DNA of 64,000 nucleotides from Octopus vulgaris (GCA_951406725.2 OX597814.1:214768001-214832000), one strand, 5' to 3'; counted from the first letter of the stretch, positions 1 to 14,027 are shown. Notes: generated by a model not told the origin, from the letters alone. Program-made: numbers and translations.

Positions 1-700
1 CACTTTTGTACATTTTGTATCAGTTTTTAATAACATTAACCATGTGAATCATAGTATTATTGCCCAGGAAGATTGTACAAACAGCAAGGGACAATGTTTG
101 TACTATAGGATGGCTATGATCAGCCAAGACATTCAGATAGCATTTGATGTTGACTCTGCCATAAGGAACAACTAAAAGGCCAAGAGAATTATAAGATATG
201 GCAGCCCAAATAATCACAGTTCTGTCTCCATACTTCACAACAGAAGCCAAACAGTCAGAAATGAAGGCATTTTGGGGGCTCTCTAGATATAACCTGATCC
301 CAAAGCAGGAAAGAAGTTGAACGATGATTTATAACAGACAATGACATTGTTCCTTTGAACAATTGTTCACTTCTGATAATCTGGACACCATTTTTTCCAC
401 TTATCAATTTTGATAGGGGATTGGAAAGGTTTAGAAATTGCAGTCTCTAATGACATCCAGTTTTATGTAGCTTATGGTGAACAGTTTTGGTTGACACAGT
501 GTTGGCAAAGTGGTTGTTCTACTCTGTTGTCATTTTGAAGCTGAGTCAGATAGTTTCTAGATACATTCTGTGGTCCCTCTCTGTGAACTTTGCCTTCTGT
601 CCAGAATTATGCCTGCCAGAACTGGTTTTTACTTTAGTCTTAGAATGCCAACATGATTTTAGTTATTGTACTTCTTGAAACATTAAACAATTCTACAGTT
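1..700 (-). mobile_element. Decayed Tc1-family DNA transposon (DDE transposase relic)
   Basis: ORF 20-250 (-) reads VVKYGDRTVIIWAAISYNSLG...GRVN...YLNVLADH...FLGNN, matching the Tc1 KHGGGSVMVWG...QDN region; stops and frameshifts upstream. Confidence 0.7.
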
Positions 701-785
701 TTAGTGACTGAAGCTCCAACCATTTGTGCTCCAATAATTTGTCCTCTATGGTAATCTGGTAGGTCATGCATTTTAACTTACTTAA

Positions 786-1005
786 CCCTTTCATTACCAG
801 CCCTACTGAAACTAGCTCTGGATCTGAATACAAAGGTCTTGTTTTCAGAAGTTTTGAATTAAAATCTTCCACCAAACCTTAGTCACAATTTATGTTCCTA
901 ACACTAGCTGAATGATAACTAAGTTGTTTTACTAAATTCTTTGTTATATTTAAATTAATTGGAAGAAACACAGAACATCTCAAAATAAATACGGTAATGA
1001 AAGGG
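786..1005. mobile_element. piggyBac-type MITE
   Basis: Perfect 13-bp TIR ccctttcattacc/ggtaatgaaaggg with TTAA on both sides (782-785, 1006-1009). Confidence 0.8.
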
Positions 1006-1019
1006 TTAAATATAAATGC

Positions 1020-1452
1020 CTGCAAAAAAGAATGAAGAAAAACTGAGGGCTGTATCATGAAGTACAAGGCATACATAATACACATGAACCCATATACATA
1101 GACTCCAAATTTGCCATCAAGATGTAGGACAAGATACTGTGATAGCCTGGGCTTCCGAGGCCCACAGCTCTTCAATATCCTCCCGAAGAACCTAAGAGAC
1201 CTGCATGGGGTGGATGCAGATGTCTTTAAAATAAAACAGGATCTCTTCTTGTCAGGTGTCCCAGATGAACCAACTTCATGGCAGGAGGTGCAGATGAGGG
1301 CAGCTGCATCGAACTCTCTCATGCACCAGATGGCATTTGCTAAAAGGCATTCGCTAAGTAAAATCATGTAGCAACACCAAATGGCGGTGCCCCAGCATGG
1401 CCACAGCTTGTGAGCTGAAACTAGATAAAAATAAAAAATAAAATAAAAATAG
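1020..1452 (+). mobile_element. 3' end of a CR1/L2-group LINE (ORF2 C-terminus, 3' UTR stem-loop, A-rich tail)
   Basis: ORF 1111-1371 SLGFRGPQLFNILPKNLR...FKIKQDLFLSGVPDEP...AASNSL is a typical CR1-group C-terminus; followed by ggcggtgccccagcatggccacagcttgtgagctgaaa and an (aaata)n tail. Confidence 0.7.
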
Positions 1453-1944
1453 AGTTGAACAGTTTTGAACAGTTAAATAAAAAAAAATGCTGTTTCCAGT
1501 CCAACCACTGTACACACACACACACACACACAGAGTATACTCACACTCACCCACCGCTCTATTACTCCATTCTCTTCCACCCTTATTATACCCCCTCCAC
1601 CACCATCTCATTTGTTATGCCCATCATGGTGTTCTACCAAGCACCACACTTTCTCCTGGATTACCCCTGTTGCCACCCAACACCCCATCTTTCCTTTATC
1701 TCACTATTTGCCTTTACACCCCTAGAGTACCCACAACTTTTCTTTCTTCCACTGTGATTGCTGCACTACCCAGCGTTTCTTCTACCCCCTCTCTATCTTA
1801 CTGACCCCTCTGCCCTTCCCCACCTTCTATGGTTCAGGGTGTGGCATTCACACTCTGTTCTTCTCCTTCCCTCTACCTCTGTTGTACCTTCCAGGCCTCT
1901 TTTCCCTTCATCACTCTCTCACTGCACTCATTCACTGCTGTTTA

Positions 1945-2345
1945 TTCTTTCATTCTTTTATTCTTGTTTCAGTCATATGACTGCGGCCATGCTGGAGCAC
2001 CACCTTGAAAGGTTTCAGTCGAACAAATCAACCCCAGGTCTTATGTTTATTTTTAAGCCTAATACTCATTCAATTAGTCTCTTTTTGCTGAACCACTAAG
2101 TTGTGGGAATGTAAAACATGCCAACACCTGTTGTCAAGTGGTGATGGGATGGGGGTGGGGGACAAACACAAACACAAAGACACACACACACATGCACACA
2201 CACAGCGAGCTTCTTTCAGTTTCCGTCTAACAAGTCCATTCACAAGGATTTTGATTGGGCCCAGGCTGTAGTAGAAAACACTTGCTCAAAGTGCCACATA
2301 GTGGGACTGAAAATGGGGGCCATGTGGTTGAGAAGCGCCACACAA
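1945..2345 (-). mobile_element. tRNA-derived SINE family A (aggcgcaggagtggctgtgtgg head, CR1-like tail), diverged copy
   Basis: Homologous to the copies at 16491, 22366, 23275 and others; internal CA microsatellite. Confidence 0.75.
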
Positions 2346-2560
2346 CCTCTGCTTCATTTTCTCTCACTGTCCATTCCCCACAGCTTCTCTGTCTCCTCAA
2401 CACCTTTTCTTATCAATCCCTTTCCTCCTCTCTGGCTTACCTTCATAAATCATTTACCTTGCTTTCCTTCAATGACTCACAAAGAGTTTCTTTCAATCAC
2501 AGTTTATTGTATCCTTCCTTCCCCTTTTCCCATGCATCTTTCATCTATACTCATCATCAT

Positions 2561-2794
2561 AAGGCGGCGAGCTGGCAGAAACGTTAGCATGCCGGGCGAA
2601 ATGCTTAGCGGTATTTCGTCTGTCATTACATTCTGAGTTCAAATTCCGCCAAAGTTGACTTTGCCTTTCATCCTTTCAGGGTCGATAAATAAAGTACCAG
2701 TTTCGTGCTGCGGTCGATGTAATCAGCTTAATCCCTTTCTCTGTCCTTGTTTGTCCCCTCTATGTTTAGCCCCTTGTGGGCAGTAAAGAAATAT
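2561..2794 (+). mobile_element. MetaSINE-type tRNA SINE (family B)
   Basis: Head ggcggcgagctggcagaa, B-box gagttcaaattcc, central gcctttcatcctttcagggtcgataaataaagtaccag; TSD tatactcatcatcataa on both sides. Confidence 0.85.
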
Positions 2795-3705
2795 ATACTC
2801 ATCATCATAATGTACGTTAGTTCCAGAACCCTCTGCTCAACATACCCCATTACCTTTCCACTAATACCTTTACCTGACACTAATACCTTTATTTCTTCTA
2901 TCCCCACCATACTCCCTCCTCCAATTAGCATCTAATTTCATTACTGTCTCTAATACCACCCATCTATAATAATAAACGCAAAATTCTGTCTGTCTGTCCG
3001 TCCAGAACCCCTATATCTTAGTCTACATTTGCTCTACCTTTTTGGAACCAGTATGATCCCAGGATTGAAAATCTGTCCTTCATTTGGTTCTTGAACATCC
3101 AGCATTGGGATCAGGTTTGGATGAGTATTTCTTATATATGCTAACAGTTGAGAATTCAAATTTTGAAAAGAACTCCCAAACTTTGTGAACTTACAAGGTT
3201 TTCATTTAAACAGAATTTAAAGTAATAGCATATTAGTAGGGTACCAATAAATGCTTTATTATTGTTGCTCTCTTTAATTTTGGGCCACAGGCTCAATTAG
3301 CCCCTTGCAGGAGCTAGCTTATAAATCTGCGCAGAGTGCAGCATTTAAATTAGTCACAACTATTAATCTGTTCCTCTCATCTTACTCTCCATCATCACCT
3401 CACATAGAATCATCATATCCTCCCTCTCTCTCTCCTCTATTCCTCCTCAGTTATTGAGATCACCTTAGATAGTAAGTCTTGCAAGTGATGCGGTGATCAC
3501 AACAAGTGCTGGTGCTATGAAACGTCATGGAGTAAAGTAGCTGGTGTTAGGAAAGGCATCCAGTGATAGAAGCCAGACCAAAGCTCACATTAGGGCATGA
3601 TGCAAATCCTTCTACTTGTCAGACCCTGTTAAACAATCCAACCCATGACAACATTAAGGGGAACGTTAAATGATGATAAATTGTATGTATGTACTACATT
3701 CATAC

Positions 3706-5429
3706 CTACATACATACATGCATACATGCATACATACATACATACATACATACATACATACATACATACATACATACAATACATACATACATACATACAT
3801 ACATACATACATACATACATACATACATACATACATACATACATACAATACATACATACATACATACATACATACATACATACATACATACATACATACA
3901 TACATACATACATACATACATACATACATACATACATACATACATACATACATACATACATACATACATACATACATACATACATACATACATACATACA
4001 TACATACATACATACATACATACATACATACATACATACATACATACATACATACATACATACATACATACATACATACATACATACATGCATGCATACA
4101 TACATACATGCATACATACATACATACATACATACATACATACATACATACATACATACATACATACATACATACATACATACATACATACATACATACA
4201 TACATACATACATACATACATACATACATACATACATACATACATACATACATACATACACATACATACATACATACATACATACATACATACATACATA
4301 CATACATACATACATACATACATACATACATACATACATACATACATACATACATACATACATCATCATACATACATACATACATACATACATACATACA
4401 TACATACATACATACATACATACATACATACATACATACATACATACATACATACATACATACATACATACATACATACATACATACATACATACATACA
4501 TACATACATACATACATACATACATACATACATACATACATACATCATCATACATACATACATACATACATACATACATACATACATACATACATACATA
4601 CATCATACATACATGCATACATACATACATACATACATACATACATACATACATACATACATACATACATACATACATACATACATACATACATACATAC
4701 ATACATACATGCATACATACATACATACATACATACATACATACATACATACATACATACATACATACATGCATGCATACATACATGCATGCATACATAC
4801 ATACATGCATGCATACATACATACATACATACATACATACATGCATACATACATGCATGCATACATACATACATACATACATACATACATACATACATAC
4901 ATACATACATACATACATACATACATACATACATACATACATACATACATACATACATACATACATACATACATACATACATGCATACATACATACATAC
5001 ATACATACATACATACATACATACATACATACATACATACATACATACATACATACATACATACATACATACATACATACATACATACATACATACATAC
5101 ATACATACATACATACATACATACATACATACATACATACATACATACATACATACATACATACATACATACATACATACATACATACATACATACATAC
5201 ATACATACATACATACATACATACATACATACATACATACATACATACATACATACATACATACATACATACATACATACATACATACATACATACATAC
5301 ATACATACATACATACATACATACATACATACATACATACATACATACATACATACATACATACATACATACATACATACATGCATACATACATGCATAC
5401 ATACATACATACATACATGCATACATACA

Positions 5430-5463
<34 letters not shown>

Positions 5464-5531
5464 CATACATGCATGCATGCATACATGCATACATACATAC
5501 ATACATACATACATACATACATACATACATA
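3706..5531. repeat. About 1.8 kb (TACA)n microsatellite with TGCA variants
   Basis: Directly visible; source of the spurious YIHT/MYVC ORFs. Confidence 0.98.
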
Positions 5532-5611
5532 GTCCAACTCATGCCAGCATGGAAAGTGGACGTTAAAGGATGACAACGATAATGATGATGATGATGATAA
5601 TATACATGTAT

Positions 5612-5624
5612 GTACACACACATA

Positions 5625-5705
<81 letters not shown>

Positions 5706-5817
5706 TTGCTCTTTTGATTAACGTTTAACATCTGTTTTTCCATGTCAGTGCGGAAATGTAAATATATCACCATTTCATCCAAGCAGAGCTGCTGGATGTC
5801 AACAAGCACACACATTT

Positions 5818-5869
<52 letters not shown>

Positions 5870-6187
5870 TATACATACACAGATAGAAACATAAATACAC
5901 GCCTACATACATGCATACATGCATAGCATCAGTAACAGATCTGTAGCCAGTGACTGAGCCTCTTTATCTTGATGGTTATATGTATACACACATACACACA
6001 GAGACACACACACAGACACAGAGACACACACACAAACACAGAGACACACACACAAACACAGACACACACACACATACACACAGACACGCACACATACACA
6101 GAGACACACAGACACAGAGAAATACACACGTGCACACACATACACACAGACACACACATACACACAGACGCACACACATACACATAT
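5612..6187. repeat. (CA)n and (CAGA/CACA) compound microsatellites
   Basis: Directly visible at 5628-5702, 5819-5866 and 5985-6185. Confidence 0.9.
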
Positions 6188-6199
6188 AGCGGACGTTAA

Positions 6200-7112
6200 A
6201 TGATGATGATGATGAAGATATATTGTTGGCTCCAGCTCGTATCCAAGCATTGGGTTCGTCAGTTTCCATCCAGTCTCCTCAGCTGATGTTTGTACCAAAA
6301 ATCACTTTGGAGTCCAAGACAGAGGTGAAAGAATTGTGGGCAGAGCGTGCACGGGATGATCGGTGCAGGTTGAGGATGTTGAAGGCGCTCCCTTCTTCTC
6401 CTGTATTTTGCCTCCTCATTCTGTTGTCGGTTGTGCTTGAAGGAGCTGGCTCCATTGCAGGTAGCAGTCCTCCAGGCTGTCCTATCCTTTTCTAGGAGCT
6501 TCCGCTTGAGGGGTGGACTGCAGTAATCCTAAAGAGGCCAGCCCAGTCACGGGTCTAGCTGCCCAACTCCAATGTTATGGCTATTCATTGGAGAGCGACC
6601 ATCTGAGATTCGCTGCCAATGTGTGGTCATGGACTTCCAGCTTTCCAGACATGCCTCTGGAGCCCACAATACCATCGACATTGGGCTTTTTAAGACAGAT
6701 TAGAAAGATGATGCCATTTGCTGAGTAAATTGTTTGAGGTGATTGTGGCTGTGCAATGGCCATGTGCATGCACTTGACCAGGAACTTCTCCACTGCAGCT
6801 CAAGAATTGAGATGTGCAGTCTTGATGAGGCTGGTTGCAGTGAGCTGCCAGAGTCTATCTGCCTTTGTCACACCTGCCTGCCTGGTGTTGCCCTCTTCCA
6901 CTGGAGTCATTCCTTGGGGGCTTGAGACAGCCCTCCTCTGCTTGCTCTGCCATTGGGGTCTTGATGCTGGTTTTTTATTGTGTTTAGTCTGGGACCTCAT
7001 CCTTGACCTTGCCACCATGGATGGCCCTACCAGGTGTCTAAAACTCCAGACAGTATTGCTCTCGGAATCATTGGAACACACAAGCTCTTCCACCACTGCT
7101 AGTGACGACCAT
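6200..7112 (-). mobile_element. Internally deleted RTE-BovB-like LINE (5' UTR joined to ORF C-terminus)
   Basis: Minus strand near 6500-6300 reads LEKDRTAWRTATCNGASSFKHNRQQNEEAKYRRRRER...PCTLCPQFFHLCLGLQS (RTE C-terminal zinc finger) then a (cat)n tail; 7100-6990 resembles the BovB-type 5' UTR (ggtggaagagcttg...ggcaaggtcaaggatgaggtcccagactaa). Confidence 0.6.
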
Positions 7113-7129
7113 TGGAAGAGGATAATTCC

Positions 7130-7605
7130 AAGGTATATATATCAGAAAGACTTTTTTACTTTTGTTTAAATTAAATTTAAAAAAATACTTTACTCTTCTA
7201 AATTTATTTGTTATTTTTTCTCCAGATGATCGAATGATGGCTCTGTCTAAAGAAGAAAGAATCCCAGATCGAATGATGGATCTGTCTAAAGAAGAAAGAA
7301 TCCCGGATTGAATGATGGCTCTGTCTAAAGAAGAAAGAATCGAGTTAGTATTATTAAGTGGACGAGAGTGATGGTCTTATCGAAAATTGCAGAAGAATTT
7401 AATCTTCGACACCCTTATAGGTAACCTATTTTTTTTACTGCCGTCGGGAAATTGATCAAGAAATTTAAAGAAACAGGCAGTTATGCATTGAAAAATGATG
7501 GAAATCACTTTGAAAATATTATTTAACATTATAATTAAATAAAATTGGTTTGTTTTAAAAGTATGTGTTAATCCTCATGTACGCAGACTTTGTGGACACT
7601 CTCTA
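7130..7605 (+). mobile_element. Internally deleted Tc1/mariner (DUF4817-type HTH N-terminus) with a 39-bp triplication
   Basis: MALSKEERIELVLLSGRE...SYRKIAEEFNLRHP...VGKLIKKFKETGS joined directly to C-terminal NDGNHFENII*; three 39-bp tandem copies at 7229-7342. Confidence 0.65.
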
Positions 7606-8875
7606 TTATCTATTATTTTGTAAAACAATATTGAATTAGTTTAAACGTACACAAATGCAAAAAAATAATTTTTAATTGAATTAGACATTTGAAAATACTA
7701 TTAAATTTCATTCAAATCTAAAAAAAAGGTAAAATTGGACAGAACTGATTGGATGACTCGATATATATAATCTATGATATTCTAGTAGGTTTCAAGTTTA
7801 TAACACCTTGATATCTCATGTTATCTCATTTTATATGCCTAAGACATTTATTTTCTATTCTGGTTTTTATATAATTCTATACATTATATTTGTATCTATA
7901 ATTTATTTTAAGCCGAAACATAATATAATCCTTGTACGAACAAAAGAACAAGAATGTCCTTAGAACTTTTATCTTCCACCAGTGTTTGTAATCGATGGTG
8001 ACATGTGCGATGATTTTGCGACTTTCTTATATTTTACAGAGAAATTGGAAGCCCCGAATGTAAGCCACCACTTTATGCTTAATACAATATTTATAGTTCT
8101 CTATTTCTAATTCAAATTCTGTGATCAATAATTATAGATCTCTACTTCTAAATGTAATTCTTTTTCTTCTCGTTCAGTTTATAACTATAACACGCATTCT
8201 TGTCTGTCTCTTGACAAAGCTTTTTTTCTCCTTACCGAATGTTTTCACTGTCCTGTTTTTGTTAGCAGCTTTGACGTTCCACGTATCTTAAATTTTTATT
8301 TAACAAATGCACCACAACAACGTTTCCCTGACGAGGAACCAACAAATGTGATTACAATAGTCAAGCAGTAATAATAATAACAAACCATTTAAATTTATCC
8401 CTATTTATGTGAAACCACTTATTCAAGTTCAAGTCATTGATGCAATTTTATACGAATTGCTAATACACACACACACATAATAAGGGTGAAAAATTGAATA
8501 TTAATTTGATTAATATGAATTGAAAACCAGTGGTGTAACATATAAGACCATAGCGGATCTTCTTCTAGCAAAATGGATGACCACTATTAATGGTTCATCC
8601 CTGTTATATAATATTTTCACTTTAATAGTTTCAGTATTAAAGTGAATGTCTGCATTACAATAGAGAGATGTTTTTGTTTCACTTTTAACATGTAATACTG
8701 AAATAGTGGAGAAGATATGATATTGCTGTGGGGTCGCCCAAGGGAAAAAGTTAAAATTTTTGCCGATGACACTCCCCGGACCTTAAGTAATACATGTGTA
8801 AAATTTGAATGAAATTGGTTGTGTAGTTCTCAAGTTTTAGGGAAACACACAGACAGACTGACAGACAGACAGACA

Positions 8876-8914
<39 letters not shown>

Positions 8915-9216
8915 TCTCAGTTTTATATATAGAGAGATATAGATATAGCAATCACCCATGCATACTAGCCTCCTCTCTCCAGGCCAATGATTTTATCCAA
9001 AGGAAAGGCAAAGGCTGATACAGTTTGGCACCAGTGACATCAGAACCCATTTTTACACTTGAATGAACAGGAGCAATGTGAAATAAAGTATTTTGCTCAA
9101 AAATACAACACACAGCTTGGTCTAAGAATTGAACTCACTACCTCATGATTGTGAGCCTGATACTCTAACCACTGAGCTATGTGACTTTGTGTAAATAAAA
9201 TGGGTAACTATGTTAA

Positions 9217-9406
9217 CCCTTTAGCGGACCCAAATATTTGACCTGCTTTATGTTCAAACTGGCCAGATCTGGCCTTTCACACCTACCCTACAATGTCATT
9301 CTCAAATCATTGGCATCTCAAAGCTATGATATAATGCATAATAAATTTGAAATAAAGTGGATAAATAAGCATTACATTTGAGAAGAGTAATCTGAATGCC
9401 AAGGGG
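9217..9406. mobile_element. piggyBac-type MITE (family also at 13298 and 54218)
   Basis: ttaa-ccctttag start; internal homology to 13298-13518 and 54218-54437. Confidence 0.65.
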
Positions 9407-9535
9407 TTAGGTTACTCTTTATTTTTTCATTAAAGAATTCATCCAATGACTAGAATAGCTATCCAAACATTTTATATTATTTTTCATCAATATATGAATT
9501 TCTCTGTGTGTGAGTGTGTATGTGTATATGTATGC

Positions 9536-9568
<33 letters not shown>

Positions 9569-9636
9569 TGTATGTCTCGGAGTTTTATCATGGCTACCGA
9601 ATAATTATCACATATTATATTTACAGATATATATAT

Positions 9637-9715
9637 ATTAGGAAGTTAATTGTTATGACTGGTCATAGAGTGACCATTGGTTTTGCACCTATAAAGTGCT
9701 TAGCTGTATAGGTGA
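9637..9715 (-). ncRNA. 5'-truncated hammerhead ribozyme relic (same family as 57839)
   Basis: Minus strand CACCUAUA...UAUAGGUG-C-AAAA (GAAA by CpG decay)-CC-AAU-GG-UC-ACUCUA; CUGAUGA missing. Confidence 0.55.
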
Positions 9716-9730
9716 TATGCATACATATAT

Positions 9731-9761
<31 letters not shown>

Positions 9762-11327
9762 ATCTATATACGTATACATATGTATGTATCTATCTGTCTA
9801 TCTATAAATATATATATCATACATATATACATATATATCAACATATTTTTACACACATACACCATAGTAAAATGAAAAGATATACCACTACAACCTGTAT
9901 GGTCATCATGAATATTTCATTAAATGAATCAACTCACTAAAACTGGATGGGCAGACATATTTTCAGAGAATGTCTTAACCTACTATAATGATACCATTTT
10001 ACATTTATAGGATTGGTGACATAAAATGTTGTCATTTACACCCTTTCCTAATGGCTTATGTGACAAAATGTGAGTAGTTATAATTGGAAATTAAAACTGG
10101 ATAATAGTGTTGGTGAATCTGTTAATCTATTAATCTAATTATAGCAATAATGGTTTCTGGTACTAAGCACAAGGACATCTTTGTAAGACAGGATTAATTA
10201 TAAGAGTGTGACCCTTCAGTTGTAAGTTTTACCTACTTTTTTTTTTTTTATCAAACCTGAAGTAACGAACCACAAAATTAATTATGTTAAAGTTTGATTA
10301 TTCTTCTAGTGATTATGCATCATTATGTACCTAAGTACTTTTGGGTAAGGGTATAAGAATTGCACCCTGCTATCAAGCTATGTCGAGACAGTGTGGCAGA
10401 GTAGGCTCATCAAACCAGTATGATCTCAAGTTCAAATTCATGGGCCCCAACATCAGACTGTAGTTGGTGGAGAGAACATGCTGAGGCCCTCGTCCTGCAG
10501 TAGACTGAACATAGACGATCCACCCCTATTCAATCCAGGTACTACAAAGCATCTAAAATATCATTGTGCTTTCTGCCCTTTTCTTCCAACAATAAATATT
10601 GGTTTCAGATTTTGACACAAGGTTAGCAATTTCAAGGGAAGGGATAAGTTGATTTCATTGACCCCCAGTGTTCAACTAGTATTTAGTTTATTGACCTTGA
10701 AATGATGCTAGGCAAAGTTGACCTCGGCAAAATTTGAACTCAGAAAATGCTGCTAAGAATTTTTCCCTCAGAAGGGTGTGGACAATTAAACTGCTGTTTT
10801 ATTTGCATATATAGTTTGACTTCTTTTTTGGGTGTGGACTGAAGACTGATACAGCTTGCTGGGGACTTGTAAAGATACACTGTATGAAGATAAAATCTTC
10901 ACTAATGCCCTAATAGTACAATGTGCTGTGAAACTTTCTGGGATTTAAACAGACAAACTAATATATAAAACATCAAAATGAAAAGAAAAGTACATTATTG
11001 ATATCCAAACTACAGTGGAGAAGGTTAGCCACTGGATTTGGTTAAAAAGAGACAATGAGCAATGGTTGGAGGAATATTGAGCTTTATTTGATAACCAGCT
11101 GATCTAGTGAGCGGGGCCTCATATCAGTGAGGGATGGGGCCGGTGCGCATTGATGCCGTCCAGAGGTAGGCTCTGAAACAGCACACATTCTCTCCTGATG
11201 ACCCCATACACTTGCTGGCTTCTGGTATGCGGAATTTTTGACTGGTAGCCCTTGCATGTGCAAGTCGTCTGCAAGACATCAGTCACCTGCATGTTTTTTA
11301 TTCATTTGTGTTTTCTATATAAAACAT

Positions 11328-11630
11328 GTGGAGGCGCAATGGCCCAGTGGTTAGGGCAGCGGACTCGCGGTCGTAGGATCGCGGTTTCAATTCCCAGACC
11401 GGGCGTTGTGAGTGTTTATTGAGCAAAAACACCTAAAAGCTCCACGATGCTTCGGCAGGGGGTGGTGATCCCTGCTGTACTCTTTCACCACCCTTTCTCC
11501 CACTCTTTCTTCTGTTGGCCTGCTCACTTAGCCAGCGGGGTGGCGTCATTCAAAGGCTAAAACAATGCGAACGCATTGTGACCAGCGATGTGTAACAACA
11601 TCTGATGGTCTGGTCGGTCACGTGATGGTG
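11328..11630 (+). mobile_element. tRNA(Arg)-like SINE, OR-type, tail variant 1
   Basis: Head ggaggcgcaatggcccagtggttagggcagcggactcgcgg with A/B boxes; TSD atataaaacat; near-identical copies at 46994 and 55176. Confidence 0.85.
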
Positions 11631-12804
11631 ATATAAAACATAAACAGACACAGTGTTTATATGTACCCCTTTCACAAGGAGTTATTGAACAATAAGTTTC
11701 TTTTCTGGTGGGTTTTATGTCGTGTATCAATATTTAGGTCCAAGTGTCTATGAAATTATTCATGCTCATAGATTTTATACACAAGTCATTGGATGGTGAC
11801 AGCATGTCCTTTAAAAATTTTAAAGACAGACATTTATGTCTTTGATACTTTGAAATAAATTATTTGCTAGAAATAAGTTAGAAATTTAATGGTTTTCTTC
11901 TGAGAAATCAACAACATTATGCACCTATTCAAGAAGAAAGAATGAAACAACATGTGGAGACTGCCATCTCTGCCATTGAAAAACATGGTTATTCTTTGCT
12001 AGCAGCATTCTTAGCAAGGCTATCCTAAACCATGTTATCTAAAAATCCTGTTTATTCTATTTATATAAATTGCTTTTAGGAAGGGGAATTAGCAATTAAA
12101 TCAGTCCTCTTCTTTACCTAAAAAAAAAAAAAAAATGTTTCCCAGAAACATAACTTGAATTTCTATCTGGTGTTTGATTACTGGATTAGAACAACTGGTT
12201 TAGTAAACAGAAGAATTTGTTCTATAAAAGTTTGAGTTTCCAGCTGCAATAATAAATTTTTTTTCTGTTGTCTAATACCAAGCACTATATTTTAAAAGTC
12301 TAAATGAGGAGAAATGTGAAAATTGTTTCATGGACACCTTGCATCCTGTAATTGATATCATATGTTCTTTTCAAGGAGAATAATATAATACATTATTTTA
12401 GAATAATACAACATAATATATCATATTATAATAATATAAGATAATATGACTTGTCCATGGCCAAAACACTTGTCTATCAATAATTAAAGCAAGGTACTAC
12501 GAGGCTATTGTTGTGTTTGAGTTTTTTTTATATCACTCATGATGGCTCCTTGCTCTTGAGAACTTTGGTGAAAGTAATGCAATTACATATGACTGTGTCT
12601 GGCATGAGAACTTCCAAGATAAGTTAAGCACCTATTGTCAATATCTTTTTCTCATTTCCTAAATCAGAAAAGCTTTTTGATGCACTTCACCATTGCAGTG
12701 GCCTACGCCATTTATTCTGGTGTATCCCAAGGCTTGATAATGTTTCATACACTCTTCCTTCTATATATTGTTTCTTTTCACAACATCATCATCATCATCA
12801 TCAT

Positions 12805-13110
12805 CATCATCGTTTAACGTCCGTTCTCCATGCTAGCATGGGTTGGATGGTTCGACCGGGGATCTGGGAAGCCAGAAGGCTGCACCAGGCTCCAGTCTTA
12901 TCTGGCAATGTTTCTACAGCTGGATGCCCTTCCTAACGCCAACCACTCCGAGAGTGTAGTGGGTGCTTTTAAAGTGCCACTGACACGAGGGCCAGTCTGG
13001 CGGTACTGGCAATGGCCACGCTCGAAAATGGTGTTTTTTATGTGCCACCTGCACAGGAGTCAGTCCAGCAGCATTGGCAACAACCTCGCTCGAATGTTTT
13101 GTTCACGTGC
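12805..13110 (-). mobile_element. 5'-truncated RTE LINE 3' UTR with (GAT)n tail
   Basis: Matches the 3' end of the RTE at 34180-36408; similar fragments at 25165-25515 (-), 26870-27364 (+), 39113-39345 (-), 50276-50452 (-) and 59983-60135 (-). Confidence 0.8.
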
Positions 13111-13297
13111 CTTTTACTTATCCATAATGATAACTGTGAGTGAAGTGTGCTATTGCATGGTAGCAAAACAGGTACCAAATGCAGGTGATGTGTGAAAGCT
13201 GGAAAGAAATTGAATGAGTATATCGTATTGGATGTATATTGTCAGTCATGTGTAAATGATGAAGCAGAGGTGAGCTAAATGGAAAAGTGAGCATTAA

Positions 13298-13518
13298 CCC
13301 TTTAGTGTTCAGATTACTCTGTTAAATGTAATACTTTTTCACTCAAATTGTTTTGAATTAATCATACATTATCTCATAGCTTTGAGGTTTCAATGATGTG
13401 ATTGTCTATTTTTAGAATGTCAATGTAGGTTAGGTGTAAGAGGCTGGATATGGCCAGTTTGAATATAAAACATGTAGAATATATTGGGCCAGATATGGCC
13501 GGTTTAAATGCTAAAGGG
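13298..13518. mobile_element. piggyBac-type MITE
   Basis: TIR ccctttag/ctaaaggg with TTAA on both sides. Confidence 0.8.
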
Positions 13519-13990
13519 TTAAAGAAATAGAGAGAAGAATGCACTAGTACAAGCTTATGATGTATATGAAGGATGACTGTTAGATGAGGAAGGTTCGAGT
13601 GAATTGAGCAGAAGGAACCTGCTTGTGTGAAAATCTGAAGAAAATGTGGGAAGAAGTGTTGAAGATTGACCGCAGGATATGGTACCTTATGAAAGAGATG
13701 ACCAGCCATGAGATGCTGTACTGGAGTAGACTTGTCCATCCATGCCAGCATGAGAAAAATGGATGTAAAATTATGGGTTAGTGATGATGATGATGATGGT
13801 GATGATGGAGGTGGTAAAAGTGGTGGTGTTGGTGGCTACGGTGACAAATATAATGAACTGTTCTTAATTTTTTTTTTTATATTGTCAGTGCACTTTTCAG
13901 GAATTTTTGTAGCCTGTTCTTTAACAAAAAATTTTTATGATTAAGATGTATTTCTCTCTAGGAGTGAATATACCATGTTTTGATTTCTTT

Positions 13991-14027
<37 letters not shown>

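Noticed and set aside
3629-5866. 600-745 aa ORFs (MYVC/YIHT repeats)
   Set aside because: Translations of a stop-free TACA microsatellite in all frames.
7229-7342. CRISPR-like direct repeats
   Set aside because: Contiguous 39-bp tandem duplication inside a transposase start; no spacers, no cas genes, eukaryotic context.
11328-11410. Possible tRNA-Arg gene (also 21059, 46994, 55176)
   Set aside because: tRNA-like head of a SINE with a conserved body and TSDs; no proper acceptor stem or terminator.
11905-12028. Protein-like frame NQQHYAPIQEERMKQHVETAISAIEKHGYS
   Set aside because: Short, no convincing splice sites; possibly a transposase HTH relic but not assignable.
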